From NCBI RefSeq assembly GCF_009914755.1, contig NC_060944.1: a stretch of DNA of 64,000 nt; one strand, written 5' to 3'. Shown here in pieces: positions 1-16,144 of the stretch. Positions within the stretch are counted from its first letter, which is position 1, and every line of letters starts with the position of its first letter. The notes under the pieces are model-generated. The model was not told where the DNA came from and did not search any database. It saw only the letters and a list, made by a program, of their open reading frames with translations. The translations under genes were made by a program, and so were the position numbers. The stretch comes from the human T2T-CHM13v2.0 reference genome, Homo sapiens.

Positions 1-46
1 CCAGCCTGGGTGACAGAGTGAGCCCCTGTCTCAAAACAACAAAAAG
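1..46 (+). mobile_element. Alu 3' end (cut by window edge)
   Basis: CCAGCCTGGGTGACAGAGTGAG..TGTCTCAAAA right-arm terminus plus A-rich tail. Confidence 0.9.
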
Positions 47-59
47 ATTCCCACCACAG

Positions 60-137
60 CTGTAACCTCAGCCCCTGCCTATCCCAGTGCTTGGCTCATC
101 AAAAGCACTCAACAAATGTCTGTTGACTGCATTAATG
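60..137 (+). mobile_element. L2 3' end fragment
   Basis: cagtgcttggc...gcactcaacaaatgtctgttga resembles the L2 terminal motif. Confidence 0.55.
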
Positions 138-991
138 ATTAAATGATACCATAGAGTATTCACGCATCAAAGAAAACCTTTTTAATAATGTGACCTGCAA
201 CGTGTGTTCTCTCTTCTCTTTTCCCTGCAGAGCATATCTGTGACAGAAAGTTAAGTATATTTTACAACATGGTCTGTTTGACAAGTTCAATTTCATTTTA
301 TAAGCCAACTGATTTGTTGTGGAAAGTTGTGAGGCAAATGGTTCTCCCAGGAAAGGGAGGTTGCCAAGCGCTGTGCTTGCCTCCACTGCATGGCACATTT
401 GTCAACCCCCTCTCATTCTCAGCAAGTCAAAAGGCATCCCAGGCCCTCAGCCTGACCCCAGCATTCAGCTGGACAGAGGCTGGGTTCCTGCCAGCTCTCC
501 ATGAACTCACACATGGCAGACAGGCCTGGTGGTCAAAGGGAGAGGCCAATGTGCAATCGAGACGGGGAATCCTGGGGATGCTGAGAACTGTCTCATCCTC
601 ACTCCTGTGGACACAGCTCTGTGTATTCAACGAGCCTCCTTGGAAATGTGTGACTTGCTTGTCTTCTCAGTGAGCACACTTCCTGCAAAAGGAAGCATCA
701 GTCAGAGGCATGCAGGACTTGGTGTTCTTTCTGACAACACAAGCACAAGTGCAGCTTGCCCTTAGTTCTGTGAAGCAAAATCAGCATGAAATAATGATTT
801 TAGGGGACCATACCACAATATTTTTAATATCTAGCTCCTTTTGTTGGGTCTCAAATCTGAAAGAAAGATCTGAATTCTGGGTCTTCCTTGTTGAGAGAGA
901 GAGAGAGTGTTGAGGGGTGGGTGTGACTTTTAGCATATATTTTAAAGAATCACCTTACTTGCCAGAATAAATAAAAGCATGATTATGGTGA

Positions 992-1329
<338 letters not shown>

Positions 1330-1407
1330 TTGGACACCAAAGCCCTGAGCCACAGGGTCAGCTCCTAGGTGAGGGGAACCTGGGATGGCCAAGAACCCCT
1401 GGATTCT

Positions 1408-1425
1408 TTTATATATATGTGTGTG

Positions 1426-1476
<51 letters not shown>

Positions 1477-1671
1477 TTTAAGTTCTAGGGTACATGTGCA
1501 CAGTGTGCAGGTTTGTTACGTATGTATACATGTGCCGTGTTGGTGTGCTGCACCCATTAACTCATCATTTACATTAGGTATATCTCCTAATGCTATCCCT
1601 CCCCCCTCCCCCAACCCCATGACAGGCCCCGGTGTGTGATGTTCCCCATCCTGTGTCCAAGTGTTCTCATT
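1408..1671 (-). mobile_element. 5'-truncated L1PA 3' UTR with (TA)n-converted tail
   Basis: ctttaagttctagggtacatgtgcac...ccaagtgttctcatt L1PA 3' end; 17-bp TSD aagaacccctg(g/c)attct at 1391-1407 and 1672-1688. Confidence 0.95.
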
Positions 1672-2597
1672 AAGAACCCCTGCATTCTGTTAGCAAGATT
1701 ATGTCTCCAGCTCCACTGGTGCTGTCCTTAGAGATTCCAAGGCATGAGTCTAGACTCTTCCAGACTTCGAGCCCTCAGCACCACCCTGGAAAAGACCACA
1801 GAGCCACAGATTCCAAGGCTGGGAAAGTTCTTAGTCTCTGGCCCCTCTGCCCCACCAGGAACATTCCAGAGTAGAGTTCATTCCACAGATATATACCCAG
1901 TCCCCGCCACATGCCAGGCACTGGGCTTGGCTAGGGTCAAGGTGGATGATAGAGACGCCAACATTTCCTGGGTACTCACCCAATGCCAGGTAACACAGCT
2001 GCACCTGAAAGTTTAGTGCAGCAGAAGCTATGAGAAGAGAGTTTGGGCAGACACATTCTTTGAACAGATGACTGTGTGTGAGTGGATAGAGAAGGAAGGG
2101 GGTATGTGGACAGATCGATGGAAGCTGTCGCAAATATCCAGGTGAGAAACAGCATGGAAAATGATGTTGGGGATGGGAAGAACACTCCAAGGAGAGAAGA
2201 GGCCAGTGGATCAAGGATCAGGGTCCTCAGCATGAGTCAGTGAACCCCGAAGAGTGCACTATGACCAGAGAACCTGGAGAGAGGCACCTGTCTACACAGC
2301 ATATATGGCTGGAGAAATATAGGCCTTTGGTCATAGTGTCCATTCCATTTTGCTCAGGTTAAAGCTCTTGGACTTCATCTCGAAGGTGATGGGAACCCAC
2401 TCTCAGATCTTAAAGAAGACAGTTGACATGATCAGATTTAACACTCAGAAATTCACCCTCTAGGCTGCAGGAGGGGTGCTGGGAATTGAGAGAAGAGGGT
2501 TTCTGGAGGCTTCTATAAGAATGAATGTCAAATCAGCTTCTTCATTTTTAAAATGATGTTAAAAAATAACTCATTTTGGGTTTTGGAGAGTCTATAA

Positions 2598-2935
2598 AAT
2601 AACAATCATAATAACTATCATTCATCGTGCACTTAGGCATCATGCCAAAGGCCTCACATACAAAATCTCATTTAATGTAAACTTCAAAACAACCTACAAG
2701 ATAGATTTGATTGCCTGACTTACACCGATGAGAATATTAAGTATCAGAGAGTTTGAAATTTTGCCTGAGCTCATCCAGCTATTAGGGCAGAGCTGGATTG
2801 TAAAACCACAACCATTTAACTGGGGACATCCAACTCTTAAACTTCTCATGTCCTGAAATATATAGAGTAGGACAGGATTCATTTACATTTCACAGATGAG
2901 GAACTGAGGCTCAGAGAAATTAACAATTTTCCCAA
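2598..2935 (-). mobile_element. MIR fragments
   Basis: MIR core cacagatgaggaactgaggctcagaga at ~2891 and a degenerate MIR at 2598-2810. Confidence 0.7.
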
Positions 2936-3076
2936 CCCCAGAAGAAGAGGTCTCCTCAGTCTTATACCATGTTGGTTTTATCAATCAGAAGGTAACACTC
3001 AGATGATTTTTATGGCATTATCACCTACTAACATCCCAGGTCAGATATTTTCATTCAAATGCATGCTTTCTTATGA

Positions 3077-3455
<379 letters not shown>

Positions 3456-4667
3456 TGAAAAAGGGAGACGGTGTGGCAGACTCCATCAGAGAGGCCAGGC
3501 ACAAAGTCAGGGTGAAAAGAGAGGGCAGCTCTAGGAGAGCTTGGGAGCAACAGAGGACATGGCAGTACTGAGTGACCAGGAAGGGGCTCCAAGGGAATGC
3601 AGGATGGGCAGGCAGCTGCCGGAGCTGAACAGATCGTCCTCTCCCATGAAGGCCTGTGTGAATCACCTGTGGTCCCATGGAAGGCTTTTGCCGGCAGGGA
3701 GTGATGCTGGAGGCTGCCACACCCTCCTGCCTCTTCCCAGGGCAAGGAGACAAACAAAAAGGAGACTGATGGTGCTTAAAAGTAAGCTTTTCCAGATAGT
3801 TTTCCTTTTGACAACCTCCTTGTTCTTGTGATTAAGCTATTTCATGCAATTGCTGCTAACATCTGTATTTCCAGAAAAGCCAAAGCAATTTATTTGGAAG
3901 ATGAATTCAAGCCCTTGAACAAACCACACAGAACATTGTGACTGAGGCGAAAATTCAAGAAGAAATGAAATCACTAATGGAGTTCCATAAGTCTGGGGCT
4001 ATTTGTGATTTCTGCAGACAAAGTGACTGAGCCCCAACCTCTGGCATCAAATCCCTGTGCAGCTCATCCATGCGACACTGTCTTTTACAGAGCGGATCAT
4101 GGGAATTCCTGGTCTCGCCTGAAACAGTGAAATTCCTGGGGTTATTTAATCCCTCATTTCACTTTAAGCACCTACTTGGATGATTACAAATGGCAGCACA
4201 TGTACACCAGACTCACCGGCCTAAAGTCATTATGAAAATGCTTTTCAGCTATTCTGTTAAATCACTGAGGTTTAAAAAAGTGTTTCCATAAATCCTCAAC
4301 TCTTTAACACCACTAATTGCAAAACACACATTTTAAATTCAAAACAACTTTCTCAGGGGGAGGAGGGAGAACACACTACATTTATTGTAGCTTTTATTTT
4401 TATACTACAGCCCAATTTCAGGAACAGAAAAATATGAAAAAAGAAAAATGTGAATCTTTAAATGGAACCGAAAGGAATTTGCCTAAAAAAGCAATGCTTC
4501 AACATTTTTAATAACATCTTGGAGAAATCTCCTTTAAATAACCTCAAAGCCTTTTCTTGTCTTACCTTAATTTAGCTTCAGAAATTTGGGGTAGGTAGGA
4601 GGGAAAGATGGCATCACCTCTGTTTCACACGTGGTCAAGAGGAGGGGAGCATCCTGCTGAAAGGTGC

Positions 4668-7157
4668 TATCTTAGTCCACCCGTGCTGCTACAACAAAAC
4701 ACTTGGGACTGGGTAATTCATAACAAACAGGAATTTTTTTTTTTTTTTTAGTTTTGGAGGCTGGGAGTTCAAGACCAAGCCTCTGCAGACTCGGTGTCTG
4801 GTGAGGGCTGCTCTCTGCTTTCCAAACGGGGCTCTTTGAGTGCTGCTTTCTCTGGAGGGAATGAATGTTATGTCTTCACACAGCATGGCGCAAGAGCTCA
4901 AGAGAAAGCACCACTTTCTCAAGCCCTCTTATAAGATCCCTAATCCCCTCCATGAGCGCTCTACCCTCATGATTTAATCACTTCCTAAAGGCCCCCACCC
5001 CACTTAATACCATCACATTGGCAATTAAGTTTCAACACATGAATTTTGGGTGACCCACACAGACTATAGAATTCTGCCTCAGACCCCAAAATTCATGTCC
5101 TTCTCACATGCAAAATACAGTCCTCCCATCGAGTAACCCCCAAAATCTTAATACATTCCAGCACCATCTCGAAAATCTAAAGTCCAGAGTCTCATCTCAA
5201 TCATATATGGGTGAGACTCAGGTTAAGATTCAACATCAGAAAAAGTCCTCTCCAGCTGCAAGCCTGGAATCAGAGTTTATGTGCTTCCAAAACACAGCAG
5301 TGGGACAGGAACAGGACAGACATTTCTAGTCAAAAGGAAGCAATAGACAAGAGGAAAGGAGGAGTAGGTCTCAGGTTTCCAAGTAAGTCCAAATCCAACA
5401 AGGCAAACCTTAAAGTTCAGCTATGGCTTCATGTCCCACCCTCTAGGGGTTCAGCCCCCAAAGCCTCGGGTCCCCAACCCTACAGCAGCTCTTCCATTTG
5501 GTGTCATATGTCTGTGACTCTCTTTGGCTGGCATTGCACACTCGTTACTCAACAGTTATGGGGTCTCAGGGGTGGCCCTACTCTCACCACTCTTCTAGAC
5601 CTTGCCCTAACGGGGGCTCACTTTAGCTACTACCACTCATGGCTCCACTGGGCATTGCTCTAGTGTGGGCTGTCTTCAGCACCCCCACCCTTGTGGTAGT
5701 GCTATGTCTGGGCCCCAAGTTTGTCTGAGGCATCCTTTGAAATCTGGGTGGAGGCAGCCATGCCCCCATAGCTCTTGCACTCTGAAAGCCTGCAGAATTA
5801 GCACCACGTGGATGCCACTACGTGTTTATTGCTTGCAGTAATGGTGGCTGGAACGGTGGCTGGAGCTGCACCTGGGGTAGCCAAGGAGTGCTATGTCACA
5901 ATATAGTGGGCAGACACTTGAGGTGGCCTAGAGCAGTGAGCTCAGAGGTCCCACACAAGTGTCCTGGGCATTCCCTTGAAATCATCTTTCCCTTAAGGCC
6001 ATTGCTCTGTGGGCCTATGATGGATATGGCAGCCTTGAAGATATCTGAAATATTGGTCATTCTTCCCCTGTCTAGATCAATAGCATATGGCTTCTTTCTA
6101 TCCATACTAATCTCCCCTTAAATGTTCACTTGGACACACACTTGATATTCTCTCCTGAACATGCTTTTACAAAATGGCCAGGCTAAGAGTTTTCCAAATC
6201 TTTAAGTTCTAGCTCTCTTTTAATTATAAATTCTATCTTTAATTTTTTTCTCTTTTCTCACATTTTACTATAAGCTGTCAAGAGAGGCCATACACCACCT
6301 TCAACACTTTGCTTAGAGATTTCTTCCACCAAATATCCTAGTTCATTATTCACAAGTTCTGCCTTTGCCAAAGCACTAGGACAGAGACACATTTCAGGCC
6401 AACTCTTTGCCATTTTATAACAAGGATTGCCTTTCCTCTAGTAGCCCTCATTTCTGTCTCAGACCTCATCAGAATTGCCTTTACCATCCATATTCCTATC
6501 AACATTCTGGTCACAACCACCTGAGTAATCTCTAAGAGGATTCAGGCTTTCCCTACAGCTGTCCTCTTCCAAGCCCTCACCATATCTCCCTTGATAGTCC
6601 ATTTACAGCAATGCAGGCTTTTTCTGGCATAAATCTCAAAACTGTTCCAGCCTCTATGCATTATCCAGTTCCAAAGCCACTTCCACATTTTCAGGTGTTT
6701 GTTGTAACAACTTTTCTGTCCTGGTCTGTTTGTGCTACTTTAATAACAAAATACTTGACACTGAGTAATTTATAAAGAACATAAATTCATTTTCTCACAG
6801 TTCTGGAGGCTGGGAAGTCCAAGATCAAGGTGCTGGTAAGACCAGCATCTAATGATAGCTGCTCTCTGCTTTGAAGATGGTGCCTTGTTGCTATATCCTC
6901 TGGAGGGCAGGAATGCTGTGCCTTCACATGGCAGAGACAGAAGAGCAAATGGGGATGGATTATGTATTCTCACTTGCCAGAAGACAGGAAAAGAAAGAAC
7001 ATACTCACTCAAGCCCTTTTATAAGAGCCCTAATCTCATTCATAAAGGCTTCACCCTCATGACTTAAGCACAGGCTAAAGGTCCCACCTCTTAATGCTAT
7101 CCTATTGGTGATGAAGTCTCAACATATGAGCTGTAGGGACATATTCAGGCCATAGAA
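4668..7157 (-). mobile_element. Full-length MaLR (MSTD-like LTR, internal region, LTR)
   Basis: Two homologous LTRs at 4668-5071 and ~6717-7157 (ggaggctgggaagtccaagatcaagg, ctctctgcttt..agatggtgcc) flank ~1.65 kb of MST-internal-like sequence; both LTRs end in TAGAA; degenerate TSD ggtgc/gctac. Confidence 0.85.
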
Positions 7158-7192
7158 GCTACTCGGCTTGCAGATTGTAGAAGCAGAGCTAG

Positions 7193-7254
7193 AGTCCAAG
7201 GCTCCAGAATCCTCATGAGTGACAGTCCAAGGCTCCAGAATCCTCATGAGTGAC
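7193..7254. repeat. Perfect 31-bp tandem duplication
   Basis: agtccaaggctccagaatcctcatgagtgac x2. Confidence 0.95.
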
Positions 7255-7384
7255 TTTTTTCTCTGCATTCTTCACTCACGGGTTCCCTTTCGCAGCCATC
7301 ACATTCAAAAAGATAAGGACACCCACCAAAGGCAACAGTCTAGGCAGACTTCCAGGAAAAGAGCATGTTGTGAGTTCAAGGCAC

Positions 7385-7662
7385 ATCATTTCCTGTTGCT
7401 GCTATAACAAACCATCGCCAGCTCAGTGGCCCCAAAACAACAAGACTTACTCTCTTATAGTTTTGGAGGCCACGAACTTGAAACCAGTTTCACTGGACTA
7501 AAGTCAAGGGCTGGTTTCTGCTGGGGACTCTGGAAGAGACTTCATTTTCTTACCCTTTCCAGCTTCAAGGGCTCCCTGTATTCTGTGGCTCGCAGCTCCT
7601 TCCTCATTTAATTACAACCTTCTGTTTCCATGATCACAGGACTTATGATTGACTAGGCCCCT
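7385..7662 (-). mobile_element. MLT1 (MLT1D-like) LTR fragment
   Basis: ttcctgttgctgctataacaaacc...atagttttggaggcca...ttccagcttc MLT1 motifs. Confidence 0.7.
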
Positions 7663-7924
7663 GGGACATTCCAGCAAGAAGCAGGAGATGAAGAGTCCCA
7701 CTGGAGTGACCAGCCAGAGAGGACATCCAGTCTAGCACAGGTCGGGGTGGGTTGCAGTCACCTTGGGAAGGACCACAGTACTTCACCCAAGGACCTCGTG
7801 GTGACAACACAGATTCCAGGCTCTCAGCTTTCCTTTGTAGTAAGTGAGGCTGCAACCCCAGGAGCAAGGAGGAGGAAAAGGAACAGATTCTGAAGGTCAT
7901 ACTCCGAGCCAGGTTAGAGGGTGA

Positions 7925-8294
<370 letters not shown>

Positions 8295-10145
8295 GAAAGT
8301 GTGTAAAATGTAAAAGTGAATTTGAATTACTAAATAGCAAAATAACTTGGTCCATTTCCATAAGTTTAATAAATTACACAGTAATGGGAACCAAGTGGCA
8401 ATGACTGCTCTCCCCACACACTGAAACCCCCTAGAGAATTTAAATCCCAACTAAATGGATGCCTCATTACCCCCATGGGCTCAGCCACACAGGGTTTTCT
8501 CAAGCAGTTCAGAGTTGTCCTTCCCAGTTTTAACCTACAGCTGAGTCTAGTCTTCAGGGTATTGAATATGGCAGGTCTGATGGGCAGAGGGACTGATATC
8601 ATCCACATCAGCACAAGAGGATGTCCTTGTCTCTGCCAGAGTCTGGTCCTGGCTACAGGCAGGACCAGGGACAAGGACAACCTGTTGCTCACCCAGCTGA
8701 GCATGGGCCTGCCTCCTCTTACTGTCAGCCTTGACTGACCGTGTGTCCACCTGGTCCTCACCACTGGGCTCTGGCCCTATCTCAGTTACATGTATACTTC
8801 TGATGGTTGTGGGGTAGGGTCCTCCATACACTCTGTGCCTTTCTCCCCTGCTCTGGAGCTGAAGGGGGTTCAGGGGACTGCCCGACACATCGTCTCTGCC
8901 TTGGCACACCTGTGGCTGAGAGCAGCTTGATGGGGGTTTTCTACATCCCAGGGCCCCAGCTGGGGAGCTGGACACCACCCTCGACTCTCAATCTCCTAAC
9001 TGCCATGCCTTCCCTCAGGGTTCAACACAGGGTGGAAGGTTCAGGGCCGCCTCGTGGGAAACTGCAGCAACCACATTGCTTTGCTCTCAGATTCTTTCCC
9101 ATCCCCAAGCATTCGAAGCTTTTGTCTGGTCTGGGCAAATGGGGAATACTAGTTTTAACAACTGATTATGCATTTTTCTTTCCCTATTTGTCACTCCAGA
9201 GCTTCTATTCTTCGATTCAAGAGACTTTTCTGGCCCAGCCTGTGAACTGTACCTTGGTTTCCAAGGTCTGTTTGAACCTAAAAAGTTAGGTATAGACGCC
9301 TTCTTGTTCTCTCCATTTCTGCTGTAAGAAGCTTACCCTGGGGCCCTGCCTCCCGGGATGGGGGCAGCCAGGTACAGTGTGTGATGGGAAGACTCTCCAG
9401 TGACAATGGCACTGTTAAGGGTCCCCAGCAGCACACCCAGACACAGGTGCTGTTTTTATGCCTGTCCTATAGCACTTGGCAGATGTGGCTTCCACTGGAT
9501 GGGTGCCCCGGTAGCAAATAGATGCATTATTTCTAAAGACTAGAGAGTCAGTTTCCAAATTCCCAAGATGGATAACAGGATGTCTGCAGCAGACTCACCT
9601 TGCAAATGTCTCTAAAACATAATGTCCAGGCCTTTACCCCCGAGTCAATGGGGCTGGAGGAGCCTGGGATGCTCCATCTCTGTCATTGTTCAGCCAGAAG
9701 GTTCTGGTGGGCAACTGGGTTGAGAATCCCTGTTACAGAAAGCTTGTTTCCCAAAAAAGAACCCTCTTAGCTCTTAGAGAGAATCATAATTTCTGGTGTT
9801 TTTGCCAATAACTCAGGGACATTACCAGTGTAAGAAAAATTATCTTTACAAGATTGTGGACAGGAAGATCTTTCTGACTTTTGGTAATGCACTAAGCATA
9901 AAGTTCAAGACCATCTTCCAAAGATGAATGTCATATTCATAGTCAAATTGGTTGGTTTCCTTTAGAAAACTAACAGTTTATTCCTATATTTACACTTACA
10001 TTGTGATTGATAAGATTTTTTAACTTACAATACAAAAATACAAACTGCAAAAAGTAACACAAAAGTAGAAAATGTGGAAAACAGAGGTAAACAAACCAGG
10101 GAAAATTGCCACTCATAATCTCCCCACTATGAAATAACCATATTA

Positions 10146-10555
<410 letters not shown>

Positions 10556-10715
10556 TTAATGTGTAGAAGGTACACAGACATACATAGACAGCATTCATGC
10601 CCCTCCCCCAGCTCCAACAAAGGGCACCTCTTCATGCACAGAAGCCTGCTGTCTTCAGGATACTTGGTTCCAAAAAACAAACACAACCTCTGGTTAACTT
10701 AAGTAGAAGAGTGAT

Positions 10716-11567
<852 letters not shown>

Positions 11568-11929
11568 GGTGCCTTATCTGAAAGGCATCTCTTAGCTCAC
11601 AGAATCCACTGGATGCTGGGAAGCCAGACTGGCACAGACAAGCCAAGGAAGCAAGGTGCAGCCAAAGCTTGCTCACAGCATGACCGGCGTGACGCCCAGA
11701 CGTTTGTCTCTGGATTCGCTCCCAGAGCTTCCCCTACAGGGACTTCCGTCCCCTGCCACCGGACAACTGCCCTTTGACAATGGGCTTCCACCTTCCCTGC
11801 AGTTGCCCCACTGACTCTGCCTGACCCCGTGCCTTCATTCACTCCACAGGAAATCACATCCTTAGATGCCCCTTGTGGCTTTCCTCCAGGGTGGCCCCAG
11901 CTCTGTCCACCAGGCAAGGAGTTGGCTTG

Positions 11930-12290
11930 TGATGTGGTTTGGCTGTGTCCCCACCCAAATCTCATCTTGAGTTGTAGCTCCCGTAGTTCCCACATGTCAT
12001 GGGAGGGACCTTGTGGGAGATCATTGAATCATGGGCGTGGTTTCCTCTATTTTGTTCTCGTGGTAGTGAATAAGTCTCATGAGATCTGACGGTTTTATGA
12101 GAGGTTTCCCCTTTTGCTTGGTTCTCATTCTGTCTCTTGCCTGCTGCCATGTAAGATGTGCCTTTTGCCTTCTGCCATGATTGTGAGGCCTGCCCAGCAA
12201 TGTGGAACTGTGAGTCTATTCAACCTTTTTTAAATAAATTATCCAGTGTTGGGTATGTCTTTACCAGCAGCATGAAAATGGACTAATACA
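11930..12290 (+). mobile_element. THE1 (THE1C-like) solo LTR
   Basis: tgatgtggtttggctgtgtccccacccaaatctc...gactaataca; perfect 5-bp TSD GCTTG at 11925-11929 and 12291-12295. Confidence 0.95.
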
Positions 12291-12489
12291 GCTTGCCTTC
12301 CCCTGTGGCCTCACCTTCCTCTGCAGAGCTCAGACCCCCACCTGCTGTCTATTTGGGATTCCAAAAACAGTAAGGCATCCAGGTGCTTTGGAATCAAGCA
12401 GCCACTCCACCAGGTGGTCTCACTTCACTCTGTCCTCGTGTCATCAATGTCATTCGTTTTCTACAATCTAATCTTTTAAAGGCTTCTGT

Positions 12490-12625
12490 GTACAGTTGAA
12501 GCATGTAGGTTGTTTCTAATATATTCTATTTTAAACAACACTGCAGTGAACATCTGTCTAGTTAAATCTTTGGGCACATCCATGATTATTTTCTTAAGAT
12601 AAACTTCTCAAAGTTGAACTCCAGC
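12490..12625 (-). mobile_element. Old L1M (L1ME-like) fragment
   Basis: taggttgtttct..aacactgcagtgaacatc..tcttaagataaacttct motifs. Confidence 0.55.
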
Positions 12626-12660
12626 ACGGATGGTGTGACAGCACATCAAGGCTCTTGTTG

Positions 12661-12735
12661 GACAAGACTCAGGGCAAACCCCCGTGTCAGTGACATGACA
12701 AGATGCAGGGCAAACCCCACGTCAGTGACATGACA
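12661..12735. repeat. ~36-bp imperfect tandem duplication
   Basis: gacaaga..cagggcaaacccc..gtcagtgacat x2. Confidence 0.85.
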
Positions 12736-12959
12736 CGGCAGTCAACATTCTTGTTGCCAGATACATTCATATGAGAAGTGTACATTTGCACAATCACACA
12801 CAGAGGCAAAAGGTTTTTGAAAGCTGGCATTAAATACTGTGTTTCTCATGACTACGTCTTTTCTCAGGTTCTGTGTTTTTTTTTTGGTGGGGGGCATAGC
12901 ATGTAGGGAATTGAAATAGTAATATCACAGACTCCAGCACTGGCATCAAGAAAGAACAT

Positions 12960-13403
12960 TATTTCAGTGATAAATATGTAATGTTCAAACTTTCCTTACG
13001 TGCGGCAAATGTGTTTGCCTGCCCTTTCGCGGCTCTTCGAGTTAGTGTTGGAAACGTGTCCAAATATGATTGGTCACATCTTTGGTTAGCATTTCGGTGT
13101 GGAATAGTACCGTTTGAATGCTACCCTTTCCGTGTATCTGCAGGTGTGCACATGCATGTATATGTATGTACAAATAGCAGACTATTTCTGTGATGAATAT
13201 GTAATGTTCAAACTTTTCTTACGTGCGGCAAATGTGTTTGCCTGCCCTTTCGCGGCTCTTCGAGTTACTGTTGTAAATATGTGTCCAAATATGATTGACC
13301 ACGTCTTTGGTTAGCATTGCAGTGTGGAATAGTACCGCTTGAATGCTATCCTTTCCGTGTATCTGCAGGTGTGCACATGCATGTATATGTACAAATAGCA
13401 GAC
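12960..13403. repeat. 223-bp tandem duplication (2 copies, roughly 93% identical)
   Basis: Units 12960-13182 and 13183-13403 align end to end with about a dozen substitutions and two small indels. Confidence 0.95.
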
Positions 13404-13467
13404 AGATTCAAGTTTCAGTACAGCCAATCCCAACTAGAAGACCTCGGATCCATAATGAGATGCATGA

Positions 13468-13994
<527 letters not shown>

Positions 13995-15592
13995 TGAGAT
14001 AAAATATGGAGAATGCATGGGGACCGCGAAGGGGGAGGTTTTGAAATCGATTAAAAAACTCGACCTGCGTTAGTATTAGATTTTTCCTTATGTTTAATTA
14101 AGTCTAATTAAACAATGCTGACATCTTCTTGGCACCTGTGGTGCAATGATGTTAAATATTTAATGCTTGTGAAGGATTAGGCTACACTTCTAATCTATAG
14201 CTAACAATCTGTTCCCTCTCTGGAGTATTTTTTATTTAGTTCTGCTTTTGTATAATGAGTTACATTTCAAAGGAGATTGTTAAAAACTTCAGCACCGATG
14301 GGCCACGTTGTTGCCCAGCGGATTGGAAGGAGAGGCGCCATGCCACGCCACTCCTATCTGGGCCAGTCCTCGGTGGTGGTTTCCTACAGAGAGAGAGAAG
14401 GCAAAGGTGAAAGTCACCAAGGGGCCTCTTCAGGGGCTTTTTCAGCCCCATGGAGCCCGGTGACTAAGGACGCTGAACACATGGACACAAGCTCACATTG
14501 AAAACACCTCTCCATGCTCTGCAGATATTTCCCTGAATGTTCTCTGGCCCCCTTCTCCCTAAGGGCTGTCAGTTGAATAATGAAAAATTATATTTGTATA
14601 TGTGTACATCTTTTGTATATTGCATATTTGTATATTGTATATGTATGTCTTAAAATTGCATGTCTTTACCCGCCTCCTCCAGCACACACCCACCCCTCTG
14701 CCTCTCAGAGGAAATGAAGCCGTGCTAGAGAGATGAGCACCTATTTCAAAGAACTCGCTTCAAAAAAAAAGTCTGTGGCTATTTCTGGAACTAGAAATGC
14801 CGAGTAAGGCTGTTTGCAAATTGTCAGGCTCAGCCTCTAAAGGAAACCCAGTCCCTCCTGATTCATCTTGGCCTGAAGTTGTTTCTGATAGGAGAAATTC
14901 AACTTGCTCTTCGCATATGCAACAATTGGTACGAGACTCTCAAAACGGGAAGCCTGCTTTCATTTCTCTGATGATTCCTAATATTTTGAATATGTTTAAG
15001 AACAAAAGACAGATTCATGTAATGAGCTTCCAATTGGCTGAATCTGTGTAATCAATTTCTCAGGGTTTTTAATTTTCTTCCCTCCTCCGCACAGCATGGC
15101 GGCAGTAGAAACTTCTTACTCCTAAGTTGGAAAGAGGATCCAGTAGCCTCTTTGGTTAAATCAATTGAACTTTTAAAAATTTAAATTAGCTCACTTATAC
15201 AAGTTCTGGTGGTGATGAATTATCCTCAGGGTTTTTGGGCAGAGATGAAAATTAACTCTACTCCTTGCAATTAAGTTCCAAGTCTTCTAAAAAGAGACCC
15301 CAGGAGTGACTCCTGGGAAGGATGGCTTCCCCAGAAGCCGCAGCTCCTACCCCAAAATCCCTCCCAAGGAGGATGGCAGAGAAGAAGGCAGCAGAAAGCC
15401 AGGCACACGCACAAAAGGAAAGTTTTGTCCATAAATGGAGAGATACATTCGGTCCCATGTCAAATAGCAGGAGCTCCCAAGATCTGTGGGTGAGTCCGTG
15501 TATTTTTGATGTGCAGTAGTGACAATTCCATTCTGGAGTGGGCAGCTCATGGGTGGATTTTAAGTATAATTCATTTGTAAGAATCTACCTCC

Positions 15593-15949
<357 letters not shown>

Positions 15950-16131
15950 CTACTCACCACATGTTGTGAAGGCCAGATCACGTCTATTCAGGAGCATAAC
16001 TGGATTTTCAAATATAACTTCACACTTATGTAAAATTAATAGGGTATTCATTATAAAATCTATGTGGCATCTTATTAAATGCTTCCTGTCACTGGAAGCA
16101 GAAGGTGAAGTTCCTTAAGCTGGGGTTTTGT

Positions 16132-16144
16132 TGCCCTCTAGTGA
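16132..16144 (-). promoter_or_regulatory. Candidate CTCF motif
   Basis: Minus strand TCACTAGAGGGCA vs core CCACTAGAGGGCA (1 mismatch). Confidence 0.3.

Noticed and set aside
200-260. Strong-looking 3' splice site at 230
   Set aside because: No good downstream donor or coding frame; such acceptors are common by chance
9605-9735. Possible MER5 fossil
   Set aside because: Only the terminal ttgagaatccctg is suggestive; too degenerate to call
13189-13300. Box C/D snoRNA (GTGATGA box C-like motif in the second duplicate)
   Set aside because: No suitably placed CTGA box D or terminal stem; the motif differs in copy 1
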